Assembly: GCA_965203295.1 (NCBI GenBank)
Contig: CBDBCZ010000016.1
Location: 672,001 to 736,000 of the forward strand
Reading direction: 5' to 3'
Length of the DNA: 64,000 nucleotides
Source of the DNA: Nitrospirales bacterium
GTDB taxonomy: Bacteria; Nitrospirota; Nitrospiria; Nitrospirales; UBA8639
Of the stretch, positions 1 to 12,084 are shown one piece after another. A model generated the notes under the pieces. The model searched no databases, had not been told where the DNA came from, and saw only the letters and a program-made list of their open reading frames with translations. Within the stretch, counting starts at the first letter, position 1. Every line of letters starts with the position of its first letter. A program made the translations under genes and the position numbers.

Positions 1-43
1 TGACTCTTGCGTTGGTTATCATGGGCTTGTGTTTGCTATGCAG

Positions 44-3000
44 CTACTAAGGCAATTAAATAGTCAGCAAAAGTTGATTGATCTGCTAACTGATCACCAG
101 AGCACACTTGTACAGACTATTAGTGGTATGAAGCCTCTTCAATCACTTGTCAAGGTTGGTTGGAGCACAACCCCAACTGTATATATCTCATTGGATGGGT
201 AGTCATTCAATATCACTGGATATTGGACGAGTCTGTGCTGTATTTGGGAAAGTTTATAGGACGAGCCAAATACAAGCAAGACAAGTCCAATGTCCAGTGA
301 TATTGGATGGCTTCATTGTATATTGTACACGCCTTGTCCCCATGATTCTAAAAGGCCTGTTCATCAAGCCATCCAATATCACTGGATATTGTAATATAGG
401 AAATACTACATAGTGGTACTATGATTGTACAATATTGGGTAATATTGCTCATTAGCTACTGTATTGTAATACTATCTAGAGCCAACCAAAGAGTGAGGCT
501 CACCTCTTTCCATTCATTGGGCATCAAGAGTCCAGTGCTCTCAGCCACTTCTACCAACAAATTTGGGAAACCTTGGACAATGTGCGCAGCAAGAGAGCAA
601 GCCAGGAATCTATTGCTGTGTTGGTAAAACTTGCACATGAAAGGTTTGAGGACATGTATAGTAGTGTCTGCTGAGAGATATACTCATATCATTAATGTAC
701 TGCTTCTATAGCTGCAACAGTGACAAGAAAATGAAGTTTAATGCTCTTCTCATCGACAAGAAAAATGCCTTCCGGATGCTGCTGTGGTTATGCGTTTATT
801 ATAAATTCTTTGTCACAAAGGTACTCTACTATCTAGCATCTCATTTCTCTATGCAGTATGCATTTTTTCCTTCCTTTTTAGATCCATTCCCGAGTATTGG
901 CAGATACGATCAATGTCCATCTAAGGGGTATTTTTGAGCCTCAGTTTATCAGCTTCTTACAGAGTTTTCTGTTCCCTGCTGAGTACATGATACGAAGCCC
1001 TGAACAGCCACCACCAATGAATGAAAATGCCCCCAGGCTCCGACTCACAGAAGATTATCAATTTGTTCCAGTGAATAGTAATGGTGAAATGACAGATCCT
1101 TTATATGACCTGTTTAACTCAATTCATCAACCAAAGCCAGGTAATACAGTAAAGCTATATTCATTATGTAGTTTTTGGTGTAATGACTAAATAATGATTT
1201 GTCATTTAGATCCATCAGATGTTGAACTATGCCATGCAATTGCCAATATGGTGGCTGTTGTACTGGCCTGCCCGCCTCGTTCCAATCATTTGTGGTACCA
1301 CATGTTTGCTGCAGATGGTCTCCTTGGAACACATATGACTGGATTTATGGTGATACTGCATAACTACTTTGTATATGGTAAAACAGTTCACAAAAACAAT
1401 ATCAGTGGATAGCAGAAAGTGTATCTCACAAATTAACGATCAACAGTCTCATGTTAATCAAAATATACCTTGGAGAAGCACACTAGATAGTTCAAAAATG
1501 TATTACTCTCTATCTCTACATAAGCAATCCATGTGTGGTTGCCTTGATTGTGGCGTTCTCTGCTACGTACTTGCCAATCCATGCTCTTTTCTCTGGACTG
1601 TGACATTTTCACCAGGACCGAAAGCCAGCTAGATTTTACAACCGGTTTCCAGCTTACATCAAACTGGTTGACTGTAAAGCAAGAAAGGATTATTTTCTAG
1701 AGCTGTCTGGTTACTTTCACATCGAAAAAAGTAGAATTTCCTGAAACGCTTTACAAGGAAATTTGACAGGAAATGGGATATTTCGGGTACAGGGTAGTAT
1801 AGGATAGGGCAGAATTTTTTGATTTTAAAGGAAATTCTGCCCTATCCTATACTACCATGTACCTAAAATGCCAGATTTCCTGTCAAATTTCATTGTAATG
1901 CTTTTCAGGAAGTTCCACTTTCTTTCCCTTGTGTTTGCAAGCTGTATTAGAGATGTTCTGTACTAGATTAATAGCCACATGCATTGAGGAGTCAAAGGCT
2001 ATGATGACAAAATATTGTGGTGATGCTGTCACCCATTGTCCATTTAATTCTCTGCCAAATTTCCTGCTGTTGATATCAAATGTAATAATATGTTGTTTTT
2101 TGTGCAGTATAAGGAAAAAACGACCGAAGGACGCCTGTATGACTGTGGGGTGGAGCTAGCAAGTGACGGCACATATGGCAGGCCAGACTATCTTCAGCAT
2201 GCCACTCGAGGAACGTTGAGCCTGCACTCACTCTACCTCATCCTATGGGCCAACTTTGGTGCATTCTGCATGGCCCTGGTCACTCAAGCTGATGCTCAAG
2301 AGAAAATTTATGGGCCCGTTATATCAACTTGGCAGTCTGTTCGCCACTACTGTGTCATGCAGCTTCGTAGTGTGTGGCTGCACATAGGCAATAACCTGCA
2401 GCTCTCACTTGATGAGCGATCCTTTTTTATAATGCAGTGTATGCAGAACCTATTGGAGGTAATGTTTTAGTAGTAGTGTATTTGATATTTCAGTAGAGTG
2501 AACCTTGTTCTTGTTCTATAGGTAAGTATTAGGCAACCACAGCTCTTAAAAAGTGGGAAGTTTGACAAGCTTGAAGATTTGGATGACTATGAAAAGATGT
2601 GGCATCAGTTGATTTTTACACCTTCCTTTAATAATGTTCATGAAAAGGTAATGGCTATTGTACATCAACACATCATATACACCTCAAGCTCATTATGAAC
2701 CAATTACCCAATCTAGTTTGCAGAACACTGTAAGCTCACAAAAAATGCTTTGTTCAGAGACCTGAGGTAATGTTCTTAGTTGAACCCCTAATTCTTAAGA
2801 AATGTTTCATGGTATTCACTTTGTACCTGTACAGCTGTCTAGAGGTCCACTATCCCCACTTTCCTACAATGGATGAGTTTTCCCAGACCATGCTATCATC
2901 AGTAGACATTGGTGATGCCTCAAAGAATGAATTCTATGTATTGTCAAAGTTTGTTTTGGAGTATCCTCGCCTAAAAGCTGCTGGAGCACTGCTTCCTGAT

Positions 3001-5746
3001 TTGCTGGAATTTTACCAGTGGATACACAGTGAATTGGCATACTTGGTCACCCGTAAGTATGCAGAAAAAGAAAGTATTGGGACGGTAATCACCACAGCAG
3101 AAGAGAAGTATGCAGGAGTCGACCTTAATAAGTTATTTGAAAGAGTGAAAGGTACCATAACGTTTTTACAACTGGTAGACAGTAGCTGTTATGATATTGT
3201 CTTCATCTAGATGGCTACAACAAGTATGCAGAAGTAACTGGATACTCTATTGGTGCTGGTGCCTGTGCTAACAATAAGAGAGAAGGAACTGTTCTTCAGA
3301 TCCAAGATGATACCAAGCTCAAGAACTTTCTCTCTGTGGATACTGAAGACCAGTGGGAAGGCAGTGATCTGTTACGTGTTGTAATACATGATATTGTAAG
3401 CTCATGCAGTGAATGATACCTGTATAGTGATTGTGAGAATGTCTTTAATTCTCGTTTCAACAGATTACTTTCCACAACAGTTTTCTTCAGACTGTTTCTG
3501 ATGTGGGTAATGTTTCAGAGCATCCTATTGAGCCATCTGAGCATGAAATGGATCCCATCCATCCAAATGAAGTGAATGAAGATGTCATGATAATTGGAAA
3601 AACTATCAAGTGAGCAAACTCGCACATTTAATTTTCATATTTCACTTATTTTATTTCAATATCTAGGAGTCATGGAATTGATGAACATCTGCAGTTAGTG
3701 CGCAGTCGTTACTTGCACCCTATTCAAGACGAAGCGTGTCCTTTTGATCTCAAACGACTACAGAGTGATGTGATCAAAACCTACTTATCAGGAAAACCCT
3801 CCATTTGCCACCTGCCAGACTGTGGTCACGATCGGATTCTTTTTAAGTTCAAAAAGGAACACATTGACAAGCTAGTCTTGGAAGGTGCTGACCTTGACTT
3901 ATCAGTTATTTCACAGTACATTACAGAGGAGTTTAAGGTATTACTTTCTACTTTTTCCCCCTGCTTGTTACACAGTGTTAAATTATGGTATTCGTATTGC
4001 AGCTTCCACTGGATGAGCACTTGGAAAAGGCCCTTGAATATGAGTTCTACACAGCTGACTACCACACACTAGTGAAAGTCATCACTGGGCTAAAAGTTGC
4101 CACTGAATATCTTATCAAGGTATGCATGAAATATAAAGTGAAAAGCTAACGAGTGGATCCGGATACATTAACATATTATTTCTTGCAGAGTCTTCAACTG
4201 CCAGATGAAAATGAAATCGAAGGTACTGATGAGCTTGAACAAAAGACACTGCCTCAGTTTTTACTTCTAGTTTTCAAAGAACCGGAAGAAAAGGAAGAAA
4301 TTCTAATGGAAAACATTGGGATAAAAGGGTCAGCATTATATAGGTTATATCTTTTCATAGCTTCGTATTTATTTTTTCAATGCCTTTGCAGTCTTCCTCA
4401 GTCTCAGCTGGAATACCTACACTCTCTGAAGCTCCCTTTCTTGTACTCCACACTGGAGCAGTTTGTAGAGTGGGTGAGGGATGGAATGTATGATTTCCAT
4501 CAGCTTCCATTGGTGATGAGAAAGCACCTGGAACCGCAAGATGAAGTAGCATTGAATAGTTTTCAAAGCAGCTATAAAGGTATATTGTGTATAATAGTGT
4601 AGCCCCATCAGGAGGATCATTAACTGAGGTGATTTTTCTTGTCTTTGGAGGTACTACCAACGCACTACTGCAGGAGATGCGGACTCTCACTGAGGTTCTT
4701 GTTCACTCAGAGTCAGACATAAGAAATTCTATTTCTAATCATATGCAGGTGAGTGATATGCTTCGATATTAGACTAAATTCGTTTAACAAAATTGTCATT
4801 CATAGAAACCCATTATGGTGTATCTGAGCGAGTATGGACTTTATGGTGATGAAGGTGAACAACTAACAAAGTTGATCCCTACTTCAGTCCTTTGCCAGCA
4901 CTATGTTGCACTTCGTATCTTTCTCCGACGGTAAGCGTTATGTATAGTATACTCTCTTTTACCATTGCTCATTAAGTCCTTGCTGGTACAACTTTGTATG
5001 TTATATACTTGATAGGAAAATAGCAGAAGTGTTGAGTGAAATATCAGCAAGGAACCGTGAGCAAGTGGAGAGCCAGGGAGACCGCTGGGTAGAGTTTGTA
5101 CAAGACCTCTGGAATGAAGATGGTCTCAAACACCTTTGGGATGTTGCTATGCCATATGTCAATGATCACCAGTTTGTGTTTGACCCATCTACTCAAATTT
5201 ATGGGTTCCAGAGCCTCCGAAATGAAGATGGGATAGAAGCAGAAAAACCCCTTTCATTTATTCTTACTGAAGACGAGGAGGAAGTAGACAGGAAGCAGCC
5301 AGTACTACATTCAGTAATAGAACCACAGGAAACTAGTCTGCCACCTGCAGCAGGTCCTACGGGTAAGTGAGGTTCTTGCCAGCAAATGCTATTATGAGGC
5401 TCAAGCCAGGGTTTCTGCTGTATTTACAGAAGCTCTGCCAAATCGAACTTTGTCCATACGTTGACGCCACTAACTAATTGTTCTTTACCCCCTAGTCTCT
5501 TCAAGTAACAAAGACCTCGAAGACATTGCTGAGAATATCACGGTTGAAATGGTGACCGAGTTGTTATACAAGTGGAAATTAGACAGATACAAAGACCTCT
5601 TGTCTTGTAGAAATATCGATGGGTATGACTTGTTCACATGTTCTGAAAAGGACTTGGAGGATCTCGGAGTTACCAATGGCATTGATCGACGTAAAATTCT
5701 GAAGAACATCAGGAAACATATAAAGGAACTAGCTAAGTTTACCTAG
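44..5746 (+). CDS. RNF213: RNF213-like E3 ligase, 3' part (E3 core/C-terminal domain plus C-terminal SAM domain); multi-exon, 5' end upstream of window
   Basis: GT-AG exons, e.g. 44-154, 480-643, 712-820, 882-1140, 1210-1349, 2108-2458, ~2834-3151, ~3667-3937, ~4393-4579, 4806-4930, 5016-~5362, 5496-5746 (junction phases checked for the first six and the last few exons). Peptides HAIANMVAVVLACPPRSNHLWYHMF, LSLHSLYLILW..LRSVWLHIGNNLQLSLDERSFFI, LLPDLLEFYQWIH and FDLKRLQSDVIKTYLSGKP resemble the RNF213 C-terminal region as recalled. Stop TAG at 5744-5746. Confidence 0.8.
1726..1921. mobile_element. ~200 bp palindromic (foldback) MITE-like element in intron
   Basis: Arms ~1726-1818 and ~1832-1921 are reverse complements (ggtagtataggatagggcagaattt / aaattctgccctatcctatactacc). 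Confidence 0.75.
5496..5746 (+). CDS. Terminal exon of gene 1 encoding a SAM (sterile alpha motif) domain
   Basis: VEMVTELLYKWKLDRYKDLLSCRNIDGYDLFTCSEKDLEDLGVTNGIDRRKILKNI fits the SAM consensus (L..Y...F....IDG..L..L...DL..LG+...G.R.KIL..I). The acceptor at 5494-5495 is in phase with the preceding exon. Confidence 0.9.
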
Positions 5747-5774
5747 CTTATGGTGTTATAGTGGTATTTCCCTT

Positions 5775-6050
5775 TATTTTTGAGTATTATTATCATGTCT
5801 GTATTCTGTAGAAGAGACTTTCTAGCTACAATACTTTTGCTGTAGAACTTTTCTTTGTGTTTCTCTTGATTTTTTGAGTACTGTAATAATATGTCTATTC
5901 TGTAGAACAGATTTTCTAGCTACAATACTTTAGCTTGTTGCTTTTATGTATACAGAAGTTTCTTAGCATTTTCCTTGATTTTTTTAGTACTGTAGTAATA
6001 TCATGTCTATTGTGAAGGAGAGATTTTTTAGCTACAAATACCTTAATTTG
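5775..6050 (+). repeat. Degenerate ~100-110 bp tandem repeat (3 units) just after the gene 1 stop
   Basis: ttttgagta..atgtct(g)tattctgtagaa..ttctagctacaatactt recurs at ~5778, ~5872 and ~5982. Confidence 0.7.
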
Positions 6051-7129
6051 CTGTTTTATTGACCAGGCTACATTAATGTAGGTAGAGAAAGGGTCTAGAT
6101 ATCCCCACATGCACGTCCATGTCACCCTCATGGAGTTGAAGTATTTGGAGGCCTGCATGTACGTAGCTACAAATACTCTATAATGAGCTAGGAATGTTAC
6201 CCTCTGGGTGAGGAGGATTCCATCTGACCATCTGAGCTTGATGGGGTTATTTATTTAACTCTTGTTGTTTGCATTCGAACTAAGCTAATTATTGTTCTCA
6301 TCAGCCATTTTTGGTTGGATGCCTTACGTTGCTACATGTACCAGTACATCTTTTGATATACGCCCACTGAAAAAAGGCTATAACAGTGTACACAGTGGCC
6401 CTCAAGCTACTGTCAACCTCCATTCGCCTATATATTATGCTGGACAACCAACCTACAAACCTCAGTAGCTTTAGCTGTCGGGAAGGGTTCTCAATGCCAA
6501 ACTTCTCATAATATTATGTGCATAATTAGACTAGCTATAGCTAAACTAGCGTGTAAGTAGTGCTGTAACACTAACCCTAACCACCTTAATCATTTAATTA
6601 ATTAATTAATTAACCCTCTGGTTCCTAACCCTGACCCTAGTCTTAAACCTGTTCCTAACCCTAGGGATGAATCGGGGATGAATTGGCTGACGCTAATTGG
6701 CAGATAACTTGCATAATGGTCGCTCGAGCATAGATAATAGAGCACGTTCTTTGTTAGATGCACATCTAGAATTAGTGGGTGTGTACAACGACTTAAACCA
6801 CGCGTATGAATCTAATAGCCCGTGGACACATGTACAAGTTGTCCCAGTAGGGGTTTCTCCCCTTCTATCCAGGCTGTCTTCTGCAGTACGTGCATCATTG
6901 CTAGTCTAGATAGTTAGCTATCCCCAAATTGGTGGGGATAGCTATACAAATCTGCTGTGCAATGCAGTAGCTATCTTGAGCCCAATAGATTCATCCACAG
7001 AGATCTGGTACATAGCTACGATGGCTATTGTTTCTATAGCACAGCAGACGTGCCTTGAACTCTGCTCTTGGTGCTCATGTTCTTTAGAGTTGGTTCTAGT
7101 GAGTGTTGTCATCCAACTTTATCTGCTCT

Positions 7130-7530
7130 CCTGAGGTATATGACAGCATCTTAATTCGCTGGCAGCCATCCTTAGAACACAGGAGGAATATTTCCATATA
7201 TTCACTTTGTGGATGTCCAGCTCCAGAATGGTGGTTCAGACTGTGGCATGTTTGCTGTTGCTCTCACAACACCCCTTTGTGGTGGAATAGATCCCCATGT
7301 CCTAGCAGTCCAAGATGTGCAAAGAATGCTTTATTGCAAACAAGCTCGTAAACTTCTAGGAAACTCGTAGAAGAAAAGGTTGGAGCGGCAGTGTCTCATT
7401 GCTACTAGGGCCAGTTGATGTGTTTTGCCACTGTCGCCTGATTTGGAACCGACTTGGTGACCTTCTTGGAGACCTGATTTAGCTAGCTATGTCCCGGGTG
7501 GTTTCATAAAATCTGCGAGGATGTCAAAAT
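7130..7530 (+). pseudogene. Degenerate Ulp1/C48-type cysteine protease plus PHD-finger remnant, probably transposon cargo
   Basis: Frame through ~7209-7300 reads VDVQLQNGGSDCGMFAVA..LCGGIDP (Ulp1 QxNGxDCG catalytic motif). Downstream VFCHCRL...WFHKICEDV is PHD-like. Stops and frameshifts are present. Confidence 0.65.
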
Positions 7531-7641
7531 TTTAATGTTCAAACATCCCATCGTACTGTAGTAAAATGTTGTATGGTTACTTCAGTAAATGCATCATCTT
7601 CAACTTTGTGATTGCAAAGAGGTCCATGTAATATCACTTGA

Positions 7642-8112
7642 AAAACAAGTCTGACATTTCATGTCTAAAAAACCAGCCGGACGCCTTTCCCGTACAATAC
7701 ACACAGCTCAGCTTAGGCCAAGCTATTAAACTACAGCTGTAGAGCCAGAGATGCCTAGAGCGGTACAGCGAAAGTGCTGACTCAGCAGTTTCGTCATGCG
7801 CCTCCAGTTAGTAGCCATATGCCAAGAAACCAGGATTTTTACGGCTACCTACCACGTTTTCGCCATCTAGGCAACACAAAACTACCTTCATTTGCTGTAG
7901 CTTGGCCTGTAAACCTTCAAAAGCTGCTATAACACTGCAGTTGCATAGTAACGTATGACGTAATATATTGCGCACGTGATAAGTGCGGACGCACAATTAC
8001 AAACAGACAGACAAACAAACAAACAGACAAACAAACAAACAGACGCGGAAAACGTAAAGCAATTTTTATAGTACCAGCCGGAGCGCGCGCAGCGCGCGAA
8101 CGGCTGGTAATT
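7642..8112 (-). mobile_element. Non-autonomous Helentron/DINE-1(HINE)-like repeat, copy 1
   Basis: Highly similar copy at 61085-61500. Terminal hairpin accagccg..cggctggt (8073-8108) lies next to an (acaa/acag)n microsatellite. Confidence 0.6.
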
Positions 8113-8139
8113 AGTTTCAGTGGTTCCATATTTTTTTAA

Positions 8140-9693
8140 GGTTACGGGATACTGGCCCGCTTTGACGTAATAGTCTAATGAGTGAACAATGAATATCTTT
8201 GCAACTATAGGCCCTATAGTCATGATCTTTTCAGCATTTATTCATGAATACTAGTTGTGTACTCAGTATAGTCTCGCGGGCCAGACGATTTTTGTTGGGG
8301 GAAGTTACGTCTGGCCACCATAGCCACGTTTCCGTTACGCGTTGGAATGTAGTGCACGTGACGCAGTCATTTTTCACGAGGCAGAACGCAATTATTATGT
8401 GAAGCTAATAGACTCTCGCCTTATAATCACGATATGGACAGTCGGTAGAGATGTGCTTGCTTTGTGAGTCAGCGGTAACGGCGAAGGAACGTCGAAATCT
8501 TCACAGTGAGTCTACAGAGCATGTGCTTCCTATTTTGCTCGAGTTGTCCGGTGCACTTGAGACACCAGCGACGGAAACCGTCTTTTATTTTAAAACTTAT
8601 TACTCGTTCCTGGTTCGGCCGAAGCATAGCTAACTCGCTGACACTTTTTTCTCGATAACATCTCGTTTGAAAAGGACAGACTGTCATGTGACTAATACGT
8701 AAGAGCTATGTAGTAATTGAACGCTCTGCAATCTGATTGGTGTCGCCCACATTCCGGCGACGTTTGCAAAAACGTGGCAAACGTGACCAGACGTACTTTA
8801 ATCGTCTGGCCCGCGAGACTATACTCAGTACAGAAAGCTTGTCTGTGAGCCCCTCCCTTGTTTAGATAGCGGTAATGAAGTTTCAGCTGTTCACAATAAT
8901 TTTTCTCGCCAAAAATCGCTGAAGCCACTGCCTTTACTAAGCCACTACAGCTCTCTAAGGATTCCTCACTATATTCACGAGGGACTGACGAAGGCTTTTG
9001 AAGCAATTATCTATATCAACAGAATGGCAAGTCAATAAGTATGGCTCTGAGCGCTCTGGACCCAACTTTCTTAGGTTTAAGAGGCTATATCTCCTGTATC
9101 AGAGAGAAACTACAAAAAAAGCCTCTGTCAGTCCCTCGTGAATATAGTGAGGAATCCTTAGAGAGCTGTAGTGGCCTAGTAACAGCAGTGGCTTCAGCGA
9201 TTTTTGGCGAGAAAAATTATTGTGAACAGCTGAAACTTCCATTACCGCTATCTAAACAAGGGAGGGGCTCACAGACAAGCTTTCTGTACTGAGTACACAA
9301 CTAGTAGCCATGAATAAATGCTGAAAAGATCGTGGCTATAGGCCTTTATACCACATTACATCATCTACAATAAAAATGATTGGCTAAAAAGTGTGGGTTA
9401 CATAGCTTCATAACCCACACTTTTTATCAGTTCGCTACGTTGCTACGCAGCGAAGATTGTACGCATGCGCAACGTGGTATAAGTGAGATAGACCACACCC
9501 ACTCGTGTGTTATGCGCTATAACCCACTTGTTTGCATTTATCCCTCGGCTTCGCCTCGGGATAACCGCAAACTCGTGGGTTATATAGGCGCATAACCCAC
9601 TCTTTGGCGTGGTCTATCCTATACATAGTTGCAAAGATATTCATCGTTCACTCACTAGACTATTAAATCAAAGCGGGTCAGTATCCCGTAACC
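8140..9693. mobile_element. Kolobok-like foldback MITE with long inverted arms, carrying two nested insertions
   Basis: TTAA at 8136-8139 and 9694-9697; termini GGTTACGGGATAC..GTATCCCGTAACC. Arms 8140-8268 plus 8822-8998 are the inverse of 9118-9345 plus 9625-9693. Confidence 0.75.
8269..8821. mobile_element. TAG..CTA MITE with 9 bp TSD (AcademH-like)
   Basis: TIR tagtctcgcgggccagacgatt / aatcgtctggcccgcgagacta; TSD tactcagta at 8260-8268 and 8822-8830. Confidence 0.8.
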
Positions 9694-10235
9694 TTAAGCC
9701 GCTTTGAAATATTTGGACCCACAGGGGCTTAAATATTCATATATCCCACTCACCCTTGTTACTTAGGTTACTAGGAGTCATTATGAGTCATATTGACTTC
9801 CCTTTGGGTAAAAGTCTGGTATGACTCATACCGACTTCCCTTAGGGTATTAAACAATTTCATCCAATCAGACTATCATGCATATAGCTACTGCTATGTGT
9901 AGCTGTACTTTACATGCATACATTCAGGCACAATATTATACATTCTGGCTTTATAATGGAGAAGCTGAGGCCGCTAAAACGCTGAGGTAGGAGGGGCTGC
10001 TTCAAAGAAGCGGATGGGAGGGGTTCAATACTGTCTTCCGGGGGGAGGAGCTCTGAATTAACCCCTGGACAGGCGGTCCAATCGCACATACCGAGGCAAG
10101 ACGGCGAGTAAGGACAAACGGCCTCAGCTTCTTCCATTAATTTTAAACCCAGAATGGGAATCGTTGCTACGTGCTAGCGTTGCTATAGTTCGTGGCCGCC
10201 ATGGACTGACCAATCAGATGGGATATATAACACTT

Positions 10236-10343
10236 ATAGTACAGTTGTTAGGGATTTATGGCTACGTAAACAAACCTCGTCCTCGGGCTATCGCCCTCGG
10301 ATTCGGTTCGTTTACTGCCATAAATCCCTGACTACTGTACTAT
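10236..10343. repeat. Short palindromic element with central cctcggg-ctatcg-ccctcgg hairpin
   Basis: tatagtacagttgttagggatttatggc / gccataaatccctgactactgtactata. Related cctcggcttcgcctcgg cores occur at ~9543 and ~23854. Confidence 0.6.
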
Positions 10344-11925
10344 AACTATAACTTAAGGAGTCCATAATTATTGTCATTGAATAAGTTCCGGGGGTCCAGA
10401 ACATTATTCGTTCAAGGGGTCCGTATATTTTTGGTTCCGGGGGGTCCACTTTAGGGGGTCCATTTTTACCGTGACAAGGTCCCCCGGATATACATATACC
10501 GGGTGCGGACTTGTTCCCCCAGATGCACACGGGTTCGCGAGTCGATTGCTAGTGTAGTTAACTAGTCTTTCAAGAATATTTTGAAGTTGCCCAGAATCAT
10601 AAGAAGTTGCAGCACCGTACATCACTAGATTCAGGGGTGAGTTTATGTGATCCAGTTACATAGTCTTGCAAGCCAGACTCACTAGGGGGAGGAGTAAGCG
10701 AAGCCCGCGTATCTTTCGACCGCTGCTCGTCCGATAGAGCGAGCAGTAGGCTGGGCTAGGCTTGTCCACGCTACACTGAATAATTATGCTTCTATTCCTC
10801 TATTTTACCCTTCAATTCCTCAGTAAGCTTATACTAGATAATTGGGAAAGCTTTGGCACTGCATGTGCAGGATGCACAATTAAAAAGTGTATTGGTGTTA
10901 TATTATTGTAAAAAGCTTCAGCGTAGTCTTCCGGGTACTGTTGCTGGTAGATTGTTGAAAGAATTAAGCTAGCTAGGTTATTATAGTCACAGCACAGATA
11001 ATCTATTATCTATGGTCACAGGAATATTTTCACAGTTTTATCTTTATTTATGCTGGCATAATTACTCTATTCCAGGCCACACCTATTATGCTCAATTTAT
11101 GCTATGTGAATTGGTAGATTGTGATGCGATAAAAGCCAACTAAAGGGCACCTAAATGGCGTGAGAATTATTTTTGCGCTCTTTGCCATCGGACATCCCAG
11201 CCCTGCATTGTAGCTACAGGTCATGCATGCAGTAGCTGGAAAGAATATACAAGGGGAGAGCTATATTCCACACATATAAAAGGTCACATATGATTTCTCA
11301 AAACCTGTTAGCATGGTATAGTCAGAAGGGTGCATAACTGAGATCCCTATCATCAGCTAGAGATCTCCATTCCAGTGACATCATTGAACTGCTCTACATG
11401 TTCAATTTCAGCTACATGTATGCATAAAAGTATTGGTATTGTTGTGCTATCCACTGTTATTGTTGTTTCTTTTTGCTACTTTTTGCTGTGGTGAATATCC
11501 CATATCACGTGCACCAGCCTCTGTCCAGTCTTGCATAATCCGGGAGGAGTTGATACCGCATTACCATTCGGAATGGCCTCTCTACTTGGGCTTATGAGTG
11601 CATGCTGTTTGCTATCTTGTATACTAGACCAAGAGAACATGTGTAGCAACACAGTAATGAGTATGCTGGTTCTCACAGACTGTAAATCATTGTGTTGGGA
11701 TGAGCTATAGTCACATTTGGATGTATATACCATGCTCTTGCTTCAACATACTTGAATACCTTGGGAGCAATTCAAAATCTTGTGTAATATTGCATGTTTG
11801 TTTTCTTTTCCCGTGTTCAGATGGATAATTAATTCTGTCTCTCCTGTTGCACTTATCTTCCACATTCTGATCCATGAAAAAGGCTTAGATGTACAAAGTA
11901 ATTCTGTTTGGTTCCTTGAGATGCC

Positions 11926-12063
11926 TAGCCTCGAACCACGCAGATTTTTTCACGGCTGCGCAAAAATCTGCGTGGAAGGCCTGGGTTCGAGGCTATGAGA
12001 TGCCTAGCCTCGGTCCGTACTGCAAGCGACGAAAAGCTGGATGAGAGCCTGGGACCGAGGCTA
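11926..12063. mobile_element. Two tandem tiny TAG..CTA MITEs (11926-11995, 12005-12063) sharing one 9 bp target
   Basis: TSD tgagatgcc appears three times (11917, 11996, 12064); tagcctcg..cgaggcta termini. Confidence 0.85.
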
Positions 12064-12084
12064 TGAGATGCCTGCACTGGAGTT

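Noticed and set aside
1369..1632. Cys-containing ORF (CGCLDCGVLC) in the intron at the RZ position
   Set aside because: Lacks the RZ CPNGH/CxxC/H pattern, and the flanking exons join in phase without it.
6568..6665. ctaaccctaacc telomere-like motifs
   Set aside because: Only a few degenerate units, probably within a dispersed repeat; not a telomere array.
8692..9292. Two near-identical ORFs on opposite strands
   Set aside because: They are the inverted arms of a MITE; no coding signal.
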